Shown: positions 48,242-59,575, counted from the first letter of the stretch. The stretch: DNA of 64,000 bases from an uncultured Nitrospiraceae bacterium (GCA_963727805.1 CAVSHF010000003.1:672001-736000), one strand, 5' to 3'. Notes: a model not told the origin generated them from the letters alone. Made by a program: numbers and translations.

Positions 48242-49468
48242 TCAATTACTGACGGGCGGTCCGGCCGGCCCAGGCAAAACAGAAGAAGGGACTTTATCTT
48301 TAGATGTTTGATCGGAGCTTTCCGGGCGAGTTGGAACTAGTTTCGGAATTTTTTTTACAGAATTCCCATGGGCCTCAGCCTGAGGAGCGAGGTACTTTTT
48401 TGCGGGTAAGGTTAGTCTCAACACCTCTCCTTTTTTCCCACCAGGCAGCTCCTTCCCATCGAACTTAATCTTAGTCCCCCCGGCGTTTCCGACGAAGACG
48501 CGGAATGTTTCATTGGCTTCATAGGTTGCCGTTTCGCCCTGCTTCATCAGTGCCTCTTTCTTTTTGACGCCATCTACAATAACCTGGACCCATGTGGTAT
48601 CGGTGGCAGAGATTTCAAGTTGATGCTTATTCTGTTGTGGAATTCTCATTTCTCCGGCCAGGAGCTTATTTGCAGGAGCAGCCGGCGCTTCAGGCTTAGC
48701 CTGTTCTTTGCGTGCCTGTTCTTTCTGTGCCTGTTCTTTCTGTGCCTGTTCTTTCTGTGCCTGTTCTTTCTGTGCCTGTTCTTTCTGTGCCTGTTCTTTC
48801 TGTGCCTGTTCTTTCTGTGCCTGTTCTTTCTGTGCTTGCTCTGTCTGTGCTTGCTCTTTCTGAGCTTGCTCTTTATGTGCTAGCTCTGCCTGTGCTTGCT
48901 CCGTCAGCGCCTGCTCTGTCTGCGCTAGTTCTTTCTGTACCGTTTGCTCCGACGACATTGGGGCCACACGAATCTCTTTTTCTTGCACCTTCGACGAAAC
49001 GAATTGATAAATAATGGCAAGAATAACTAAAAATAAAAGAGAGCCTTTCCATATAAGCCTGTTCCTCTTAGCCTTACCCTCTTCCTGGCCTCTTTCTATT
49101 CTCATCGATTCTGGTGTCTTAACTTCCTTGCAAGCAGCGGTTCGATGGTCTTCAGGCCGAGAGACATTCTGCTGTTCTTTTTGCTCCGCTTTGTGAGTGA
49201 CTTCAGCAATAGACTCAGTCTTTTTCCCTTTTGCTTCCCCTTGCATTTCGAGATATTTTTCGTAGGGCTCCAAGATAGTCTCAGTAGGCAGACCTAGATA
49301 TTTCGCGTATTCCTTTATGTATCCGCGCGTATAAACCTCAGGGGGGAGCTTTTCATAATCCTCATCTTCTATCGACTGCAAACAACTTTTCTTAATGCGG
49401 GTGTTGGCCGCGATTTCCTTAATATTCTTGCCGAGATCTTCTCTCTGTTTTTTCAGCAGTTTAGACAT
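48242..49468 (-). CDS. RodZ-like protein, copy 2, with EQAQK repeat linker
   Basis: Same HTH/TM/DUF4115 motifs as copy 1 (YTRGYIKEYAKYLGL; TWVQVIVDG; VFVGNAGG). Confidence 0.87.
   Translation of the reverse strand: MSKLLKKQREDLGKNIKEIAANTRIKKSCLQSIEDEDYEKLPPEVYTRGYIKEYAKYLGLPTETILEPYEKYLEMQGEAKGKKTESIAEVTHKAEQKEQQNVSRPEDHRTAACKEVKTPESMRIERGQEEGKAKRNRLIWKGSLLFLVILAIIYQFVSSKVQEKEIRVAPMSSEQTVQKELAQTEQALTEQAQAELAHKEQAQKEQAQTEQAQKEQAQKEQAQKEQAQKEQAQKEQAQKEQAQKEQAQKEQARKEQAKPEAPAAPANKLLAGEMRIPQQNKHQLEISATDTTWVQVIVDGVKKKEALMKQGETATYEANETFRVFVGNAGGTKIKFDGKELPGGKKGEVLRLTLPAKKYLAPQAEAHGNSVKKIPKLVPTRPESSDQTSKDKVPSSVLPGPAGPPVSN
48699..48938 (-). repeat. 15-bp coding tandem repeat (QKEQA pentapeptide)
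   Basis: GCCTGTTCTTTCTGT in eight perfect consecutive copies, plus degenerate flanking copies. Confidence 0.95.
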
Positions 49469-49572
49469 GATACTAACTTTAACACATAAGAAACATGAAA
49501 TTAAAGACATCCAAGACCTTTACTGGTGCTTCAGCTTTTCATTGTAAACCTCATATGCTAAAATAGTTTACA

Positions 49573-50802
49573 ATGAAAAGGGTTGTTATTACTGGAATAG
49601 GCGCTGTGACCCCGCTGGCGGCTACCTTTGATCAGTCATGGGATTCGGTCAAGCAAGGTCTTTCGGGCATCAGCACGATCAGTCGGCTTAGTCATACACA
49701 CCTGAGATGGAAGGCAGCTGGAGAGGTGCGCAATTTGAAAAGAGAGTCCTATCTATCAGCAAAGGAATCTAATTGCATCGATCACTTCGCTCTCTTTGCA
49801 ATTGTCGCTGCGAGAGAGGCAAGTGAAAGTGCTGGATTGATTTCAAAAAAGACAAATTATCTGTCACAGGCAGGGATTATCATCGGATCCAGCAGGGGCG
49901 GCGTTACTACCCTGGAAAAGGAGTTCATGAAAATATATTCGAGGCCAGATTCGCATGTGCGTCTTTCGCCCTTTCTCATGCCAATGAGCACAATTAGTTC
50001 GGCAGCCGCATTTGCGGCGATGAAATTCGGCATAAAAGGTTATTGTCTCAGCATTTCTAACGCATGTTGTTCCGGGACAAACGCCATCGGTGAAGCTTTT
50101 CATATGATCAGGAGCGGTCTTTCCAAAGTGTTGATTGCTGGCGGTGCAGAAGCGCCTCTCTGCAGGCTTTGTATTGAAGGATACGGCTCCTCAGGCGCCT
50201 TGTCGAAAGCTGATCCTGACAAAGCAAGCTGTCCTTTCGATATAAGACGCGACGGATTTGTCCTGGCAGAAGGTGCGTGTATTCTTGTGCTCGAAGAGCT
50301 GGAGTCCGCGCTGCAGAGGAATGTGCCCATCATTGGCGAAATCATCGGATACGGCAACACATGTGATGCATCTCATCCGACAAAGCCGTCGGTTGAGGGT
50401 GAAACAATGGCTATGAAGGCGGCCCTTCACGATGCAGGAATTTCAGCAGCCGACGTAGATTATGTTAATGCTCACGGTACTTCAACGGTATTGGGTGATA
50501 AAGTAGAGGCTCAAGCGATAAAGAATGTCTTTGGAAAACCCATGGTCCCCGTCAGTTCAGTCAAGTCGATGACTGGCCATATGCTTGCTGCATCAGGTGC
50601 CTTTGAAACAGCCTGCACCGCCATGAGCCTTAAGGAAGGATTCATCCCTGCCACAATAAACATCCGCAACATCGATCCCCAGTGCCCTATCAACCTGATT
50701 ACCGAGCCAACAAAAGCTGCGTTGGACATCGCGGTCACCAATTCCTTCGGGTTTGGAGGTCTCAATGCAGTGCTGGCGCTAAAGCGGTTTCGTCCTAATT
50801 GA
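49573..50802 (+). CDS. fabF: Beta-ketoacyl-ACP synthase II
   Basis: RVVITGIG, NACCSG, RDGFVLAEG, NAHGTST, KSMTGHML, NSFGFGG. Confidence 0.9.
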   Translation: MKRVVITGIGAVTPLAATFDQSWDSVKQGLSGISTISRLSHTHLRWKAAGEVRNLKRESYLSAKESNCIDHFALFAIVAAREASESAGLISKKTNYLSQAGIIIGSSRGGVTTLEKEFMKIYSRPDSHVRLSPFLMPMSTISSAAAFAAMKFGIKGYCLSISNACCSGTNAIGEAFHMIRSGLSKVLIAGGAEAPLCRLCIEGYGSSGALSKADPDKASCPFDIRRDGFVLAEGACILVLEELESALQRNVPIIGEIIGYGNTCDASHPTKPSVEGETMAMKAALHDAGISAADVDYVNAHGTSTVLGDKVEAQAIKNVFGKPMVPVSSVKSMTGHMLAASGAFETACTAMSLKEGFIPATINIRNIDPQCPINLITEPTKAALDIAVTNSFGFGGLNAVLALKRFRPN

Positions 50803-50912
50803 AAAGAACAGCCGGAAATCGAATTCCCATCGGCGAACTACTTAATTCTGTTCACCCCCGTGACCGATTTCAGAAAAAAAGACTTAAGATGTCTCCGCCA
50901 CTGCGAAGATGT

Positions 50913-51101
50913 TCATTCATCAGCCTTAGAACTTTCCTCAAATACTTGCGGATTAATATTGCCAGAGGTGGGGCCTCCACACTCAGGGATATAACAAGTA
51001 ACGTCTACATATTCGCACTTTTCCTTACACGACGGACAGCTATCCGGAGGGACATCCTTTTCTATCGTATTCCCACACTTGTTACATTTCCATATCGTCA
51101 T
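50913..51101 (-). CDS. Small rubredoxin-like metal-binding protein
   Basis: WKCNKCG...PPDSCPSC...CEYVDVTCYIPECG; RBS GGAGG. Confidence 0.8.
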   Translation of the reverse strand: MTIWKCNKCGNTIEKDVPPDSCPSCKEKCEYVDVTCYIPECGGPTSGNINPQVFEESSKADE

Positions 51102-51368
51102 GATTGCCTCCATTTCAGAGAAGATTAATTCGACCTAGTCATGGATAATTAATAACTCCAAAACAATCGAATGTCAAATATAGGCTGATGATGTGTCAAT
51201 AATGAAAATGACCGCTTTTCAACAAGTAACTGCTCATGTGGAAGGCATATTAAGAATTTTTCTCGTCTTTGCCTCTTGCGTACTGCACAATGGCGTGCTA
51301 TTCTGTGATTAAGTTTGTGCGGATGCATAGTCATTAATTCTGAACGGTAACCATATAAGGAGTTCATT

Positions 51369-52331
51369 TTGAAAGCGATTCGCGTTCATGAATTCGGCCC
51401 TCCTGAGGTCATGAAGTTAGAAGAGATCGAAGACCCCATCCCCGGCAGTCATGAGGTGGTCGTAAAGATATTCGCAATCGGGGTCAATCCAGTCGATTCG
51501 TATATTCGAGCCGGCCTTTATGCTGTAAAGCCGGCCTTGCCCTATACTCCGGGTATGGATGGAGCCGGTGTAATTGAATCGCTTGGAGCAGGAGTCACAA
51601 AGGTAGCTATCGGAGAACGTGTATACTTCGGGGGAACGGTCACCGGTACTTATGCGGCAAAAGCCATCTGCACGGAATCTCAGGTTCACCCACTGCCCGA
51701 ACGTATATCTTTCGAACAGGGTGCGGGGGTCGGCGTGCCTTACGCTACTGCCTATCACGCCCTCTTCCATCGTGCTAAATCTATCCCGGGAGAATTTATC
51801 CTCGTCCACGGGGCAAGCGGTGGTGTGGGCACGGCGGCCGTACAAATAGCCCGAGCTGCCGGTATGATAGTCATCGCAACCGGAGGGACCGAAGAAGGAC
51901 GCAAACTTGCGCTTGATCAGGGGGCACACCATGCGGTCGACCACCGCGATTCCATACATCTTCAGCAGACTATGAATATAACAGGCGGCCGCGGAGTTGA
52001 TGTCATACTGGAAATGCTGGCCAATGCCAACCTTGGAAACGATCTGACCTTGCTTGCGGAAAACGGCCGTGTGGTCGTTATCGGTAGCCGTGGTAAGGTC
52101 AAGATCGATCCTCGCAATCTTATGGGCAGCAACGGGAACATTCTAGGAATGATCATACTGAAGGCTTCGGATCGGGAAAAGGCGGCCATCTATGCGGCAC
52201 TAGGCGCCGGTCTCGACAATGGGACACTTAAGCCGATAATCGGAAAAACATTGACTTTGGCAGATGCGCCACAGTCCCATCGGGAAATCATGGAATCCAG
52301 CGCTCACGGGAAAATCATACTTCTGCCCTGA
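51369..52331 (+). CDS. qor: NADPH:quinone reductase (zeta-crystallin/MDR family)
   Basis: GVNPVD, LPYTPGMDGAG, VHGASGGVG, GKIILLP. Confidence 0.9.
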   Translation: MKAIRVHEFGPPEVMKLEEIEDPIPGSHEVVVKIFAIGVNPVDSYIRAGLYAVKPALPYTPGMDGAGVIESLGAGVTKVAIGERVYFGGTVTGTYAAKAICTESQVHPLPERISFEQGAGVGVPYATAYHALFHRAKSIPGEFILVHGASGGVGTAAVQIARAAGMIVIATGGTEEGRKLALDQGAHHAVDHRDSIHLQQTMNITGGRGVDVILEMLANANLGNDLTLLAENGRVVVIGSRGKVKIDPRNLMGSNGNILGMIILKASDREKAAIYAALGAGLDNGTLKPIIGKTLTLADAPQSHREIMESSAHGKIILLP

Positions 52332-52384
52332 CCGGTCATCCCGGCGGGTGGGTGAATAACATTAGCGAAAGGAAAGGCACGAAA

Positions 52385-52855
52385 ATGAAGAAATTACTCA
52401 TTGCAATTGACGGTTCGGACTACGCATTGAAGGCGGTCGACTATGTCAGTAACCAATTTAGCAGCGAAGACCTGCAGATAACCCTCTTTCATGTACTTCC
52501 ATACATACCGGCCGAGTTTTGGGATGACGGGCACATACTTACCGAAGAAGAAAGAAGATCGAGAAAAGACGTCGTCGACAAATGGGTGTCCAACCAGACA
52601 TCGAAACTAAAACCCATTTTCAGTGCTGCATTAAAAGTACTAACCAGCTCAGGGATCAAGGAAGAAAGGATTAGTACAAAGTGGATAGCTGATTCGACAG
52701 ATATCGTAGGCAGCATTCTTGAAGAAGCGCGCACAGGGGGCTACGATATGCTCGTTGTAGGCAGGTATGGTCATGGCAGCAATGTAGGCCGGGTGGGCGA
52801 TATCACAGAGCAGTTAGTCAGACAAGGCTCCGGGACAACCTTGTGCGTAGTATAG
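52385..52855 (+). CDS. Universal stress protein
   Basis: KLLIAIDGS, TLFHV, ILEEA..YDMLVVGRYG..VGDITEQLV. Confidence 0.88.
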   Translation: MKKLLIAIDGSDYALKAVDYVSNQFSSEDLQITLFHVLPYIPAEFWDDGHILTEEERRSRKDVVDKWVSNQTSKLKPIFSAALKVLTSSGIKEERISTKWIADSTDIVGSILEEARTGGYDMLVVGRYGHGSNVGRVGDITEQLVRQGSGTTLCVV

Positions 52856-53106
52856 CGAAACCCATTGGTTGGACAGTTTGACAGCTGATTTAAGGTCGTA
52901 CCCACGGTTCGGCATGCTGAGATTTTTCCGAATGGCTCTACCGTAAGTGGCGCAAAGAACGAACATCAATTAGATGGCTAACACCAACCTGAGAGGGTTT
53001 GGAGAGATCTGAGGATATTGTCCTGTCCGGAGAAGAGGTATTCGGAGATGGAGGAGAGATCCCGTCTCACATCACAGTTCCCCGCTCATGAGGGAAAGCT
53101 CAGTTG

Positions 53107-53934
53107 TTAAGCTGCCGTCAACTCAAGCACTGCTATTTCTGGAGGACAATTCAGTCGTATTGGGACGATACTCCAGCCGGTCCCACGGGATATGAACACA
53201 GGGAACCCCCGTTTTGACAGTTTCAGACCGAAATTATAGTTATGATTCTTAACAGGCAGCCATGGTTGACTAAGAAATGGGATATTAATCTGCCCACCGT
53301 GGGTATGGCCGCAAATCATCAGATCGACACGCCCCTGGAAATCCATGTCAGCCGTGTCCGGATTGTGGGCGAGGACTACCCTGCAGTCCCCATCCGGGAT
53401 ATCCTTCATTATAATATCGAGCGGCTTGTAATCCTCCTGCAAGTCACCAGAGCCGACCAGCCACAGGCTTTCACCGTTTCTCGTTAGCTTATGTACTGAG
53501 TGGTGAAGATTCTGGCCGCTCTTTTCGAGCCACTGCTGCGATCTCTCAGAGTCCGCCCAGTGATCATGGTTCCCCAAAACAGAATACACGCCTTCTTTGG
53601 CACTGAGCCTACACATCTCCGGCCAGACAGCATCAATCTCTTCGGTCGTATGGCGCCTTTGAACATAATCACCAGTACACGCCACAATATCGGTTGCGAC
53701 AGAATTAACTCTGTGCACCACCTGGCGGACGTAGGGTGTCGAGTCAAGAACCCCATAATGCAAATCAGTTAGATGGGCAATTGTAAAACCATCAAAAGAT
53801 TTAGGTAGCCCGGACACAGGGATGCGGTATCGATTAATCGGAGTATCCCCGGCAATGGCCATTTCGGGGGAAAGTATAAAAGAACCACAGAAGCCCGACG
53901 AGAGAAGTATTTTAAGAAACGTCCTTCTATCCAC
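53107..53934 (-). CDS. Tat-signal metallophosphoesterase (YkuE-like)
   Basis: DRRTFLK; TDLH, TGD, GNHD, HNPD, GHTHGGQ. Confidence 0.9.
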   Translation of the reverse strand: MDRRTFLKILLSSGFCGSFILSPEMAIAGDTPINRYRIPVSGLPKSFDGFTIAHLTDLHYGVLDSTPYVRQVVHRVNSVATDIVACTGDYVQRRHTTEEIDAVWPEMCRLSAKEGVYSVLGNHDHWADSERSQQWLEKSGQNLHHSVHKLTRNGESLWLVGSGDLQEDYKPLDIIMKDIPDGDCRVVLAHNPDTADMDFQGRVDLMICGHTHGGQINIPFLSQPWLPVKNHNYNFGLKLSKRGFPVFISRGTGWSIVPIRLNCPPEIAVLELTAA

Positions 53935-54306
53935 AGAAAATCTCCTTCCACTTGAAGTGCAAAGATTGAATCTTTGAGCTACCCGTGACTGAGATAAGGA
54001 ATCAGTCGGGGCTTCAAGGCACTGCGGGATTTATGAGCTCTTTTCGAGACGCTCTGCCACCCAGACTTTATTATACACTGTCGGGGCACTCCCAGTCGCT
54101 TCGATCCCCTGGAATTAAGCATCACATTGCGCAATTACCTTGTTATGCTTTATTCCACACATTCCAAGATAGTCTTGTTCTTGCCAGACTGCTTTTAATT
54201 CCATGCACAATGTAACCCTTCTAGAGCAGGAATTGCCAGGTATGCTCCATCCTGGCCGATGATACCGGTAATAAGCGCTTTTTTCATGAGAACGCTCTCC
54301 TTCTTC

Positions 54307-55686
54307 TTATTTGACGGTTTCATCTATCAGGCGGAGCAGCTCTTCTGTCTTCTCCCGCATGAGGGTCTCATCGCCCCTCGCTTCGACATTGAGGCGAACA
54401 ACGGGCTCTGTATTGGAACAGCGAATGTTAAAACGCCACTGCTCAAACTCCATAGAAAGACCGTCGGTGTAGTCAACACCCGGATGCAGCGGAATGTAGT
54501 GCTGACGTATCCGTTCGATGGCTGCTTCGGGATTCGCAAGTACCCGGTTGATCTCGCCGCTGACCGGGAAAAGCCCAAGCCTATCGCCGACAAGCTTCGA
54601 CAAGGCTAACCCTGTCCTGCTCATAATCTGCAACACCAACAGCCAAGGGATCATGCCGCTGTCACAATAGGCGAAATCCCTGAAATAATGGTGAGCGCTC
54701 ATCTCTCCGCCGTACACGGCATCTTCCGCACGCATTCGTTCTTTGATGAACGCATGCCCTGTCTTACTCATTATCGCAACTCCGCCGGCATTGTTCACCA
54801 TGTCCACCGTATTCCAGGTAAGACGCGGGTCGTGAATGATGCGGCCGCCTGGGTACTTTGCCAGAATGGCAGATGACAAGAGCCCAACTACATAGTAACC
54901 CTCGACAAACGTACCCTGTTCATCAAACAAGAAGCAACGGTCAAAATCCCCGTCCCAGGCAATACCGATGTCCGCCCGGCTGTCCCGCACAGCGGCAATC
55001 GTCGCGGCACGATTCTCAGGTAGCAGAGGGTTCGGTATGCCGTTGGGAAAGTTTCCATCCGGCTGGTGATTTATCTTGATAAACGATACCGGAAGACTCT
55101 TTTCAAGTAGGTCAATGACCCTGCCAGCGCATCCGTTTCCAGAATTCACTACAACCTTCAGCGGACGCAGGGAAGAGACGTCCACGTAGCCCAGCAGGTG
55201 GGATATATATGCAGCCTCGATGTTCAACGACACAACAGTTCCGATTCTATCGGCCGGTTCAAAACAGTTGGCTCGCACCAGTTCCTTGATGTCATTCAGA
55301 CCGGTATCTCCGCTGATCGGTCGCGCATCCTCCCGCACCAGTTTCATGCCGTTATAATCCGCTGGGTTATGACTCGCCGTCACCATGATGCCGCCGTCCA
55401 GTCGTTCGTGGAAGGTTGCAAAATAGACCTCTTCTGTTCCGCAAATCCCTATATCAAGAACATCACTGCCGCCATGCGTCAATCCGCGCACGAGGGCATT
55501 GGCCAATGATGCGCTCGAGAGGCGGACATCACGCCCGACAACTATCCTGGAGGGTCTGAGAAACTCGGCATAGGCCCTTCCAATTCGATAGGCGATCTCC
55601 TCATTGAGAGTATCAGGGACCCTTCCTCGAATATCGTAAGCTTTGAAGCAACTAAGGTCTCGGCTATTATTATCTTCCGTAAACAT
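54307..55686 (-). CDS. manB: Phosphomannomutase/phosphoglucomutase
   Basis: [32 protein letters not shown]. Confidence 0.93.
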   Translation of the reverse strand: MFTEDNNSRDLSCFKAYDIRGRVPDTLNEEIAYRIGRAYAEFLRPSRIVVGRDVRLSSASLANALVRGLTHGGSDVLDIGICGTEEVYFATFHERLDGGIMVTASHNPADYNGMKLVREDARPISGDTGLNDIKELVRANCFEPADRIGTVVSLNIEAAYISHLLGYVDVSSLRPLKVVVNSGNGCAGRVIDLLEKSLPVSFIKINHQPDGNFPNGIPNPLLPENRAATIAAVRDSRADIGIAWDGDFDRCFLFDEQGTFVEGYYVVGLLSSAILAKYPGGRIIHDPRLTWNTVDMVNNAGGVAIMSKTGHAFIKERMRAEDAVYGGEMSAHHYFRDFAYCDSGMIPWLLVLQIMSRTGLALSKLVGDRLGLFPVSGEINRVLANPEAAIERIRQHYIPLHPGVDYTDGLSMEFEQWRFNIRCSNTEPVVRLNVEARGDETLMREKTEELLRLIDETVK

Positions 55687-57079
55687 CCTCAAACCTGACA
55701 ATATCGTCCTCGCCAAGATAGCTGCCTGACTGCACCTCGATCAGTTCCAGCGGTATTACCCCCGGATTTTCAAGTCGATGTGTTTCTCCGATCGGTATGT
55801 ATGTGGACTGGTTTTCTGAAAGAAGAACAGTCTCGTCACCCCTCGTAATGCGCGCAGTCCCCTTCACCACTATCCAGTGTTCCGCCCGGTGATGATGCAT
55901 CTGCAAAGAAAGCGCAGCCCCAGGATTAACACTAATACGTTTTACCTGGAAACGTACGTCGCAATCTACACATTGATATGATCCCCAGGGACGATATACT
56001 TTCCTGTGAATAACAGCCTCCTGCCGATTTTGGGACTTTAACTGACTGACAATTGCCTTAACGCCCTGAACACGGTCCTTTCGTGCGACCAACACGGCAT
56101 CTGACGTTTCGACGATGATATGATCCTCAAGCCCCACCGACGCGACAAGGCGGCTTTCAGCAGAAATGAAGCAACCCTTGGACTCATGCACTAATACATC
56201 ACCTTTGAGGACATTACCGGATGCGTCCTGGTCTCCAATTTCCCAGAGGGCTGACCAGGAACCAACATCGCTCCAACCGGCGTCAAGGGGAACAACCATT
56301 GCTTCGGTCGTTTTTTCCATTACAGCGTAGTCGATTGAATCGATGGGGCAAGTCGCAAACGCTTCTCTGGAAAGGCGAGTAAAGTCCATATCTCGCACAG
56401 AACCTTCATGCGCAGCGCGACAGGCGGCCACCATTGCAGGTTGGTATTTTTCTAATTCTGCCAGGTAGCGCTCGGCCGCGAACATGAATATGCCACTGTT
56501 CCAAAAATAGTCGCCAGACTTGACATACTGCTCTGCAGTTGAGCGATCCGGTTTTTCGACAAAGGCGGCCACCATATGGGCGTCTGCTTCAGGATCGTGC
56601 CTGTCAGCTCGGATATACCCGTACCCGGTTTCAGGCCCCTTGGGCAGAACGCCGAAAGTAACCAGTTTGCCAGCCTCGGCATACAATCTGCCCGCTTCAA
56701 CTGCCCTGTGAAATGCAGCTTTATCGGCGATCGCATGGTCGGCAGGGAGAACAAGCAGTACGGGATTTTGACCATCTTTTATAGCTTCCAAAGCGGCCAA
56801 AGCAGCGGCCGGAGCGGTATTTCTGCCAAAGGGCTCCAGAATAATCGCGGCCGGGTTAATACCTGTCTGACGCATCTGCTCTGCCACCATAAAGCGGTGT
56901 TCCTCATTACAAATCACCAGTGGGGCAGCGGTTCTAGACATACCGGTAAGCCTTAATGCAGTATCCTGCAACATCGTATTTTGATTGACCAAAGCGATGA
57001 GCTGCTTCGGATACAATTCACGAGAAAGGGGCCACAGGCGGCTACCAGTGCCGCCGGCAAGTATAACTGGTACGATCAT
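55670..57079 (-). CDS. manC: Mannose-1-phosphate guanylyltransferase/mannose-6-phosphate isomerase
   Basis: [42 protein letters not shown]. Confidence 0.95.
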   Translation of the reverse strand: MIVPVILAGGTGSRLWPLSRELYPKQLIALVNQNTMLQDTALRLTGMSRTAAPLVICNEEHRFMVAEQMRQTGINPAAIILEPFGRNTAPAAALAALEAIKDGQNPVLLVLPADHAIADKAAFHRAVEAGRLYAEAGKLVTFGVLPKGPETGYGYIRADRHDPEADAHMVAAFVEKPDRSTAEQYVKSGDYFWNSGIFMFAAERYLAELEKYQPAMVAACRAAHEGSVRDMDFTRLSREAFATCPIDSIDYAVMEKTTEAMVVPLDAGWSDVGSWSALWEIGDQDASGNVLKGDVLVHESKGCFISAESRLVASVGLEDHIIVETSDAVLVARKDRVQGVKAIVSQLKSQNRQEAVIHRKVYRPWGSYQCVDCDVRFQVKRISVNPGAALSLQMHHHRAEHWIVVKGTARITRGDETVLLSENQSTYIPIGETHRLENPGVIPLELIEVQSGSYLGEDDIVRFEDVYGR

Positions 57080-57132
57080 TTTGATTGGATCCTCCTCATC
57101 ATCATAATTATGCAACTCGGCAGGGCGTATTT

Positions 57133-57612
57133 CTAGGCACGGTAGATTATCCGGCCATCGCCGCGCACGACATTCTTCGTATCCACAACCGAAATGCGGA
57201 GCGAATCAAAATCAATCTTCCTGTATGCATGGTGGGTTGTGGCAATCAGGATCAGGTCAAGGTCGCAGCTGAACGCCGCCGATCTCCGTCCGGGTTAACG
57301 ACCATATTCCCGTGCAATCGAACAACAAGTATATACGGATCATTGTAGCTGACCTCGGCTTCCAGCTCTTCCAGCTGCAATAGGACGGGAACCCCTATCG
57401 TCGTCCACGTTTGCCTTGTAAGACAGACCAAATATCAGTCTGCGGGCGTCTTTAATCGCCTCGCCGTCGTCGTTCAGGACAAGCATCATCTAATTTTTAT
57501 TATAACGTAATTGGGTATGACGGTGTTGATCTCGCCGGCAAGCTCGATGCAGGGTGTTTGGCACTCGAACTCACGAGTCTTCCAGTTAAGACAGAACATG
57601 TCGAGGGGAAAG
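57133..57612 (-). pseudogene. Degenerate C-terminal part of a UDP-N-acetylhexosamine dehydrogenase (WbpA/WecC-like)
   Basis: Frameshifted pieces PLDMFCLNWKTREFE..IELAGEINT.IPNYV / GLSYKANVDDDR / AEVSYNDPYI / DLILIATTH..VVDTKN..IYRA*. Confidence 0.8.
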
Positions 57613-57682
57613 ATTGACCGAGTCTATGAGTCGCTGTCAACGCGAACTCACGGACAAAGGTCGCCCCCCCTTACCTTCTCGG

Positions 57683-58930
57683 CTACCGCTTTTTCTTTGG
57701 TTCTGGGAAGCTCAATTTATCGCCGACCACAATCTTATTATCTTTCTTGAGCTGTTTATTTTGCTGCTTTACCTGTTCAATCAGCTCATTATTAGCTGTC
57801 CCGTAAACGTCACGGACAAGAGAATAAAGAGTATCTCCCTTTTTCACAACTCTTTTTACTGGGAAATTACTTTTAACAGATTTTTCCTTCCTTTCCTTGA
57901 GTGGCTGCCCAATCTCTGTTTTTATTGGAGCCGTTTTGACCTTTTCTGGAACGACGACATACTCGTTTTGATTAACGTCCAGAGCAGGCTTTTGCGATGT
58001 GGTCATCTGAGCAAATTTTGATAAAACTTGATCTTTAAAAGGGGATATCAAGACAATGTACCCTGCTAAAAGAATTAAGATGGCTGAGGCGATCAGCAAC
58101 CTAATTAGAATCGGCTTCTTTTTGTTCCCTTCAAAATCAGCGATCACTGCCTTCGCGGTCCGGGCGCTGATCGCCTTTTCCTGTCTCCCAAAGCCGATGA
58201 CAAGGGCATTGCCACAGAGGATATTAATCACTCTTGGGATGCCTCGGGCATACCTTATAATATAGTTCAGTGCTGCTTTTTTGAAGAGAGCGATGTCTAG
58301 TCTGCCTGCTTTTGCCAGTCGATTCTGAATGTATTGCACACTTTCTCGTCTGGAAAACGGAATAATGCGTGCACGTAGCACAATGCGCTGATTAAGTTGC
58401 CTCAATTCCCACTGATTTAGTTTCTCTTCAAATTCCAGCTGGCCGATAAGAACTATCTGGAGTAGCTTGTCCTCGGAAGTCTCCACATTGGAGAGCATGC
58501 GGAGAATTTCCAGGGTTTCTACGGTCATATTCTGGGCCTCGTCTATAATAAGTACTACCATGTGACCCTGTTTGTTTTCATCGATTAGGATCAGATGCAG
58601 CTGATTTACCATTTCAGGAAGATCGTCTGTTTCAGGGGCAACACCAAGCTCCTGGTACACACTCTTAAGGAGCTCCTTGAATGAGACATTGGCATAGAGT
58701 ATATAGATCGTTTTGAATGCAGATTTATCGACCTGCTCCAAATAAGATCGGAGGATCGTCGTTTTGCCAACTCCGACCTCTCCTATTATTGCGACAAAGC
58801 CTTTCCTATGGTTAACCCCGTAAATTATTGAAGCGAGCGCTTCCCTATGGCTGGGACTTAAAAAAAGAAATTCCGGGTTTGGCGTGGTATTAAAAGGCTC
58901 TTTTGTCAGCTGGTAATAATCAAGATACAT
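57683..58930 (-). CDS. ExeA/GspA-like AAA ATPase with LysM domain (paralog of 19774-21081)
   Basis: KEPFNTTPNPEFLF, GEVGVGKT, IIDEAQ, GIPRVIN; LysM VVKKGDTLYSLVRDVYG. Confidence 0.88.
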   Translation of the reverse strand: MYLDYYQLTKEPFNTTPNPEFLFLSPSHREALASIIYGVNHRKGFVAIIGEVGVGKTTILRSYLEQVDKSAFKTIYILYANVSFKELLKSVYQELGVAPETDDLPEMVNQLHLILIDENKQGHMVVLIIDEAQNMTVETLEILRMLSNVETSEDKLLQIVLIGQLEFEEKLNQWELRQLNQRIVLRARIIPFSRRESVQYIQNRLAKAGRLDIALFKKAALNYIIRYARGIPRVINILCGNALVIGFGRQEKAISARTAKAVIADFEGNKKKPILIRLLIASAILILLAGYIVLISPFKDQVLSKFAQMTTSQKPALDVNQNEYVVVPEKVKTAPIKTEIGQPLKERKEKSVKSNFPVKRVVKKGDTLYSLVRDVYGTANNELIEQVKQQNKQLKKDNKIVVGDKLSFPEPKKKR

Positions 58931-59279
58931 GGTCTTTTACACAAGCTTTTAATGAGAGTTTATATGTTTGATCCTTGCTGCAGTCCGCCTGCTTCCCGCT
59001 GTAGGACAAGAGCCGGTGAACGGTCGGAACATATAGCGCAACAAGCGGGGGATACGTCACGATCGTAAGGACATGCGCTTTTTTAAGGTTCGATGTTAGA
59101 AAGGAGTTCAAGGTTAGAGGCTGTTCCATGTTAATGACATTTCAGCGTTTTAGATTATAAAGTCAGTTGTTGATCGTTAGCACTGCTCCGCCCCCTCGGT
59201 CACAAGCCGTGACAAGAAGTTCAATGTTAGAGACGGTGCTACGTCCACCGTTGGAGCTAGTAACAGACTCAACGTCGGA

Positions 59280-59575
59280 CGTTGACTCTGTTACAGCAGC
59301 ATTCGGCTTGTTTGTCGTCAACCTTTATGTAGCCCGTGATCACGCTGTGAGGTCAGTGTTTTCGATATGTTCGGCGGTCTTCGCACTTTCTTTCGATTTC
59401 CGCGTCCTTGTCAATCCTTTTATCCAATACCTCGGCATAGAGGATCTCGCTGTTGACGAGGCCTTCGAGCACGGCCCTTTTGCCCTGTCCGAAGGTTCAG
59501 AGTGTATGAAGCGGTTCAACCATGGTGGCGAGTTGCCGCTCAAAAAAAGCTAATTTTCACCACGTTCATTGTACT
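59280..59575 (-). pseudogene. Probable remnant of a PrsA/EpsD-like peptidyl-prolyl isomerase N-terminal (SurA-like) region
   Basis: TMNVVKISFFERQLATMVEPLHTL*TFGQGKRAVLEGLVNSEILYAEVLDKRIDKDAEIERK; stop at 59497-59499, then frameshifted IKVDDKQAE. Confidence 0.5.

Noticed and set aside
48620..49014. Plus-strand ORFs with CLFFL or VPVLS repeats
   Set aside because: Antisense readings of the 15-bp QKEQA repeat in the RodZ-like gene.
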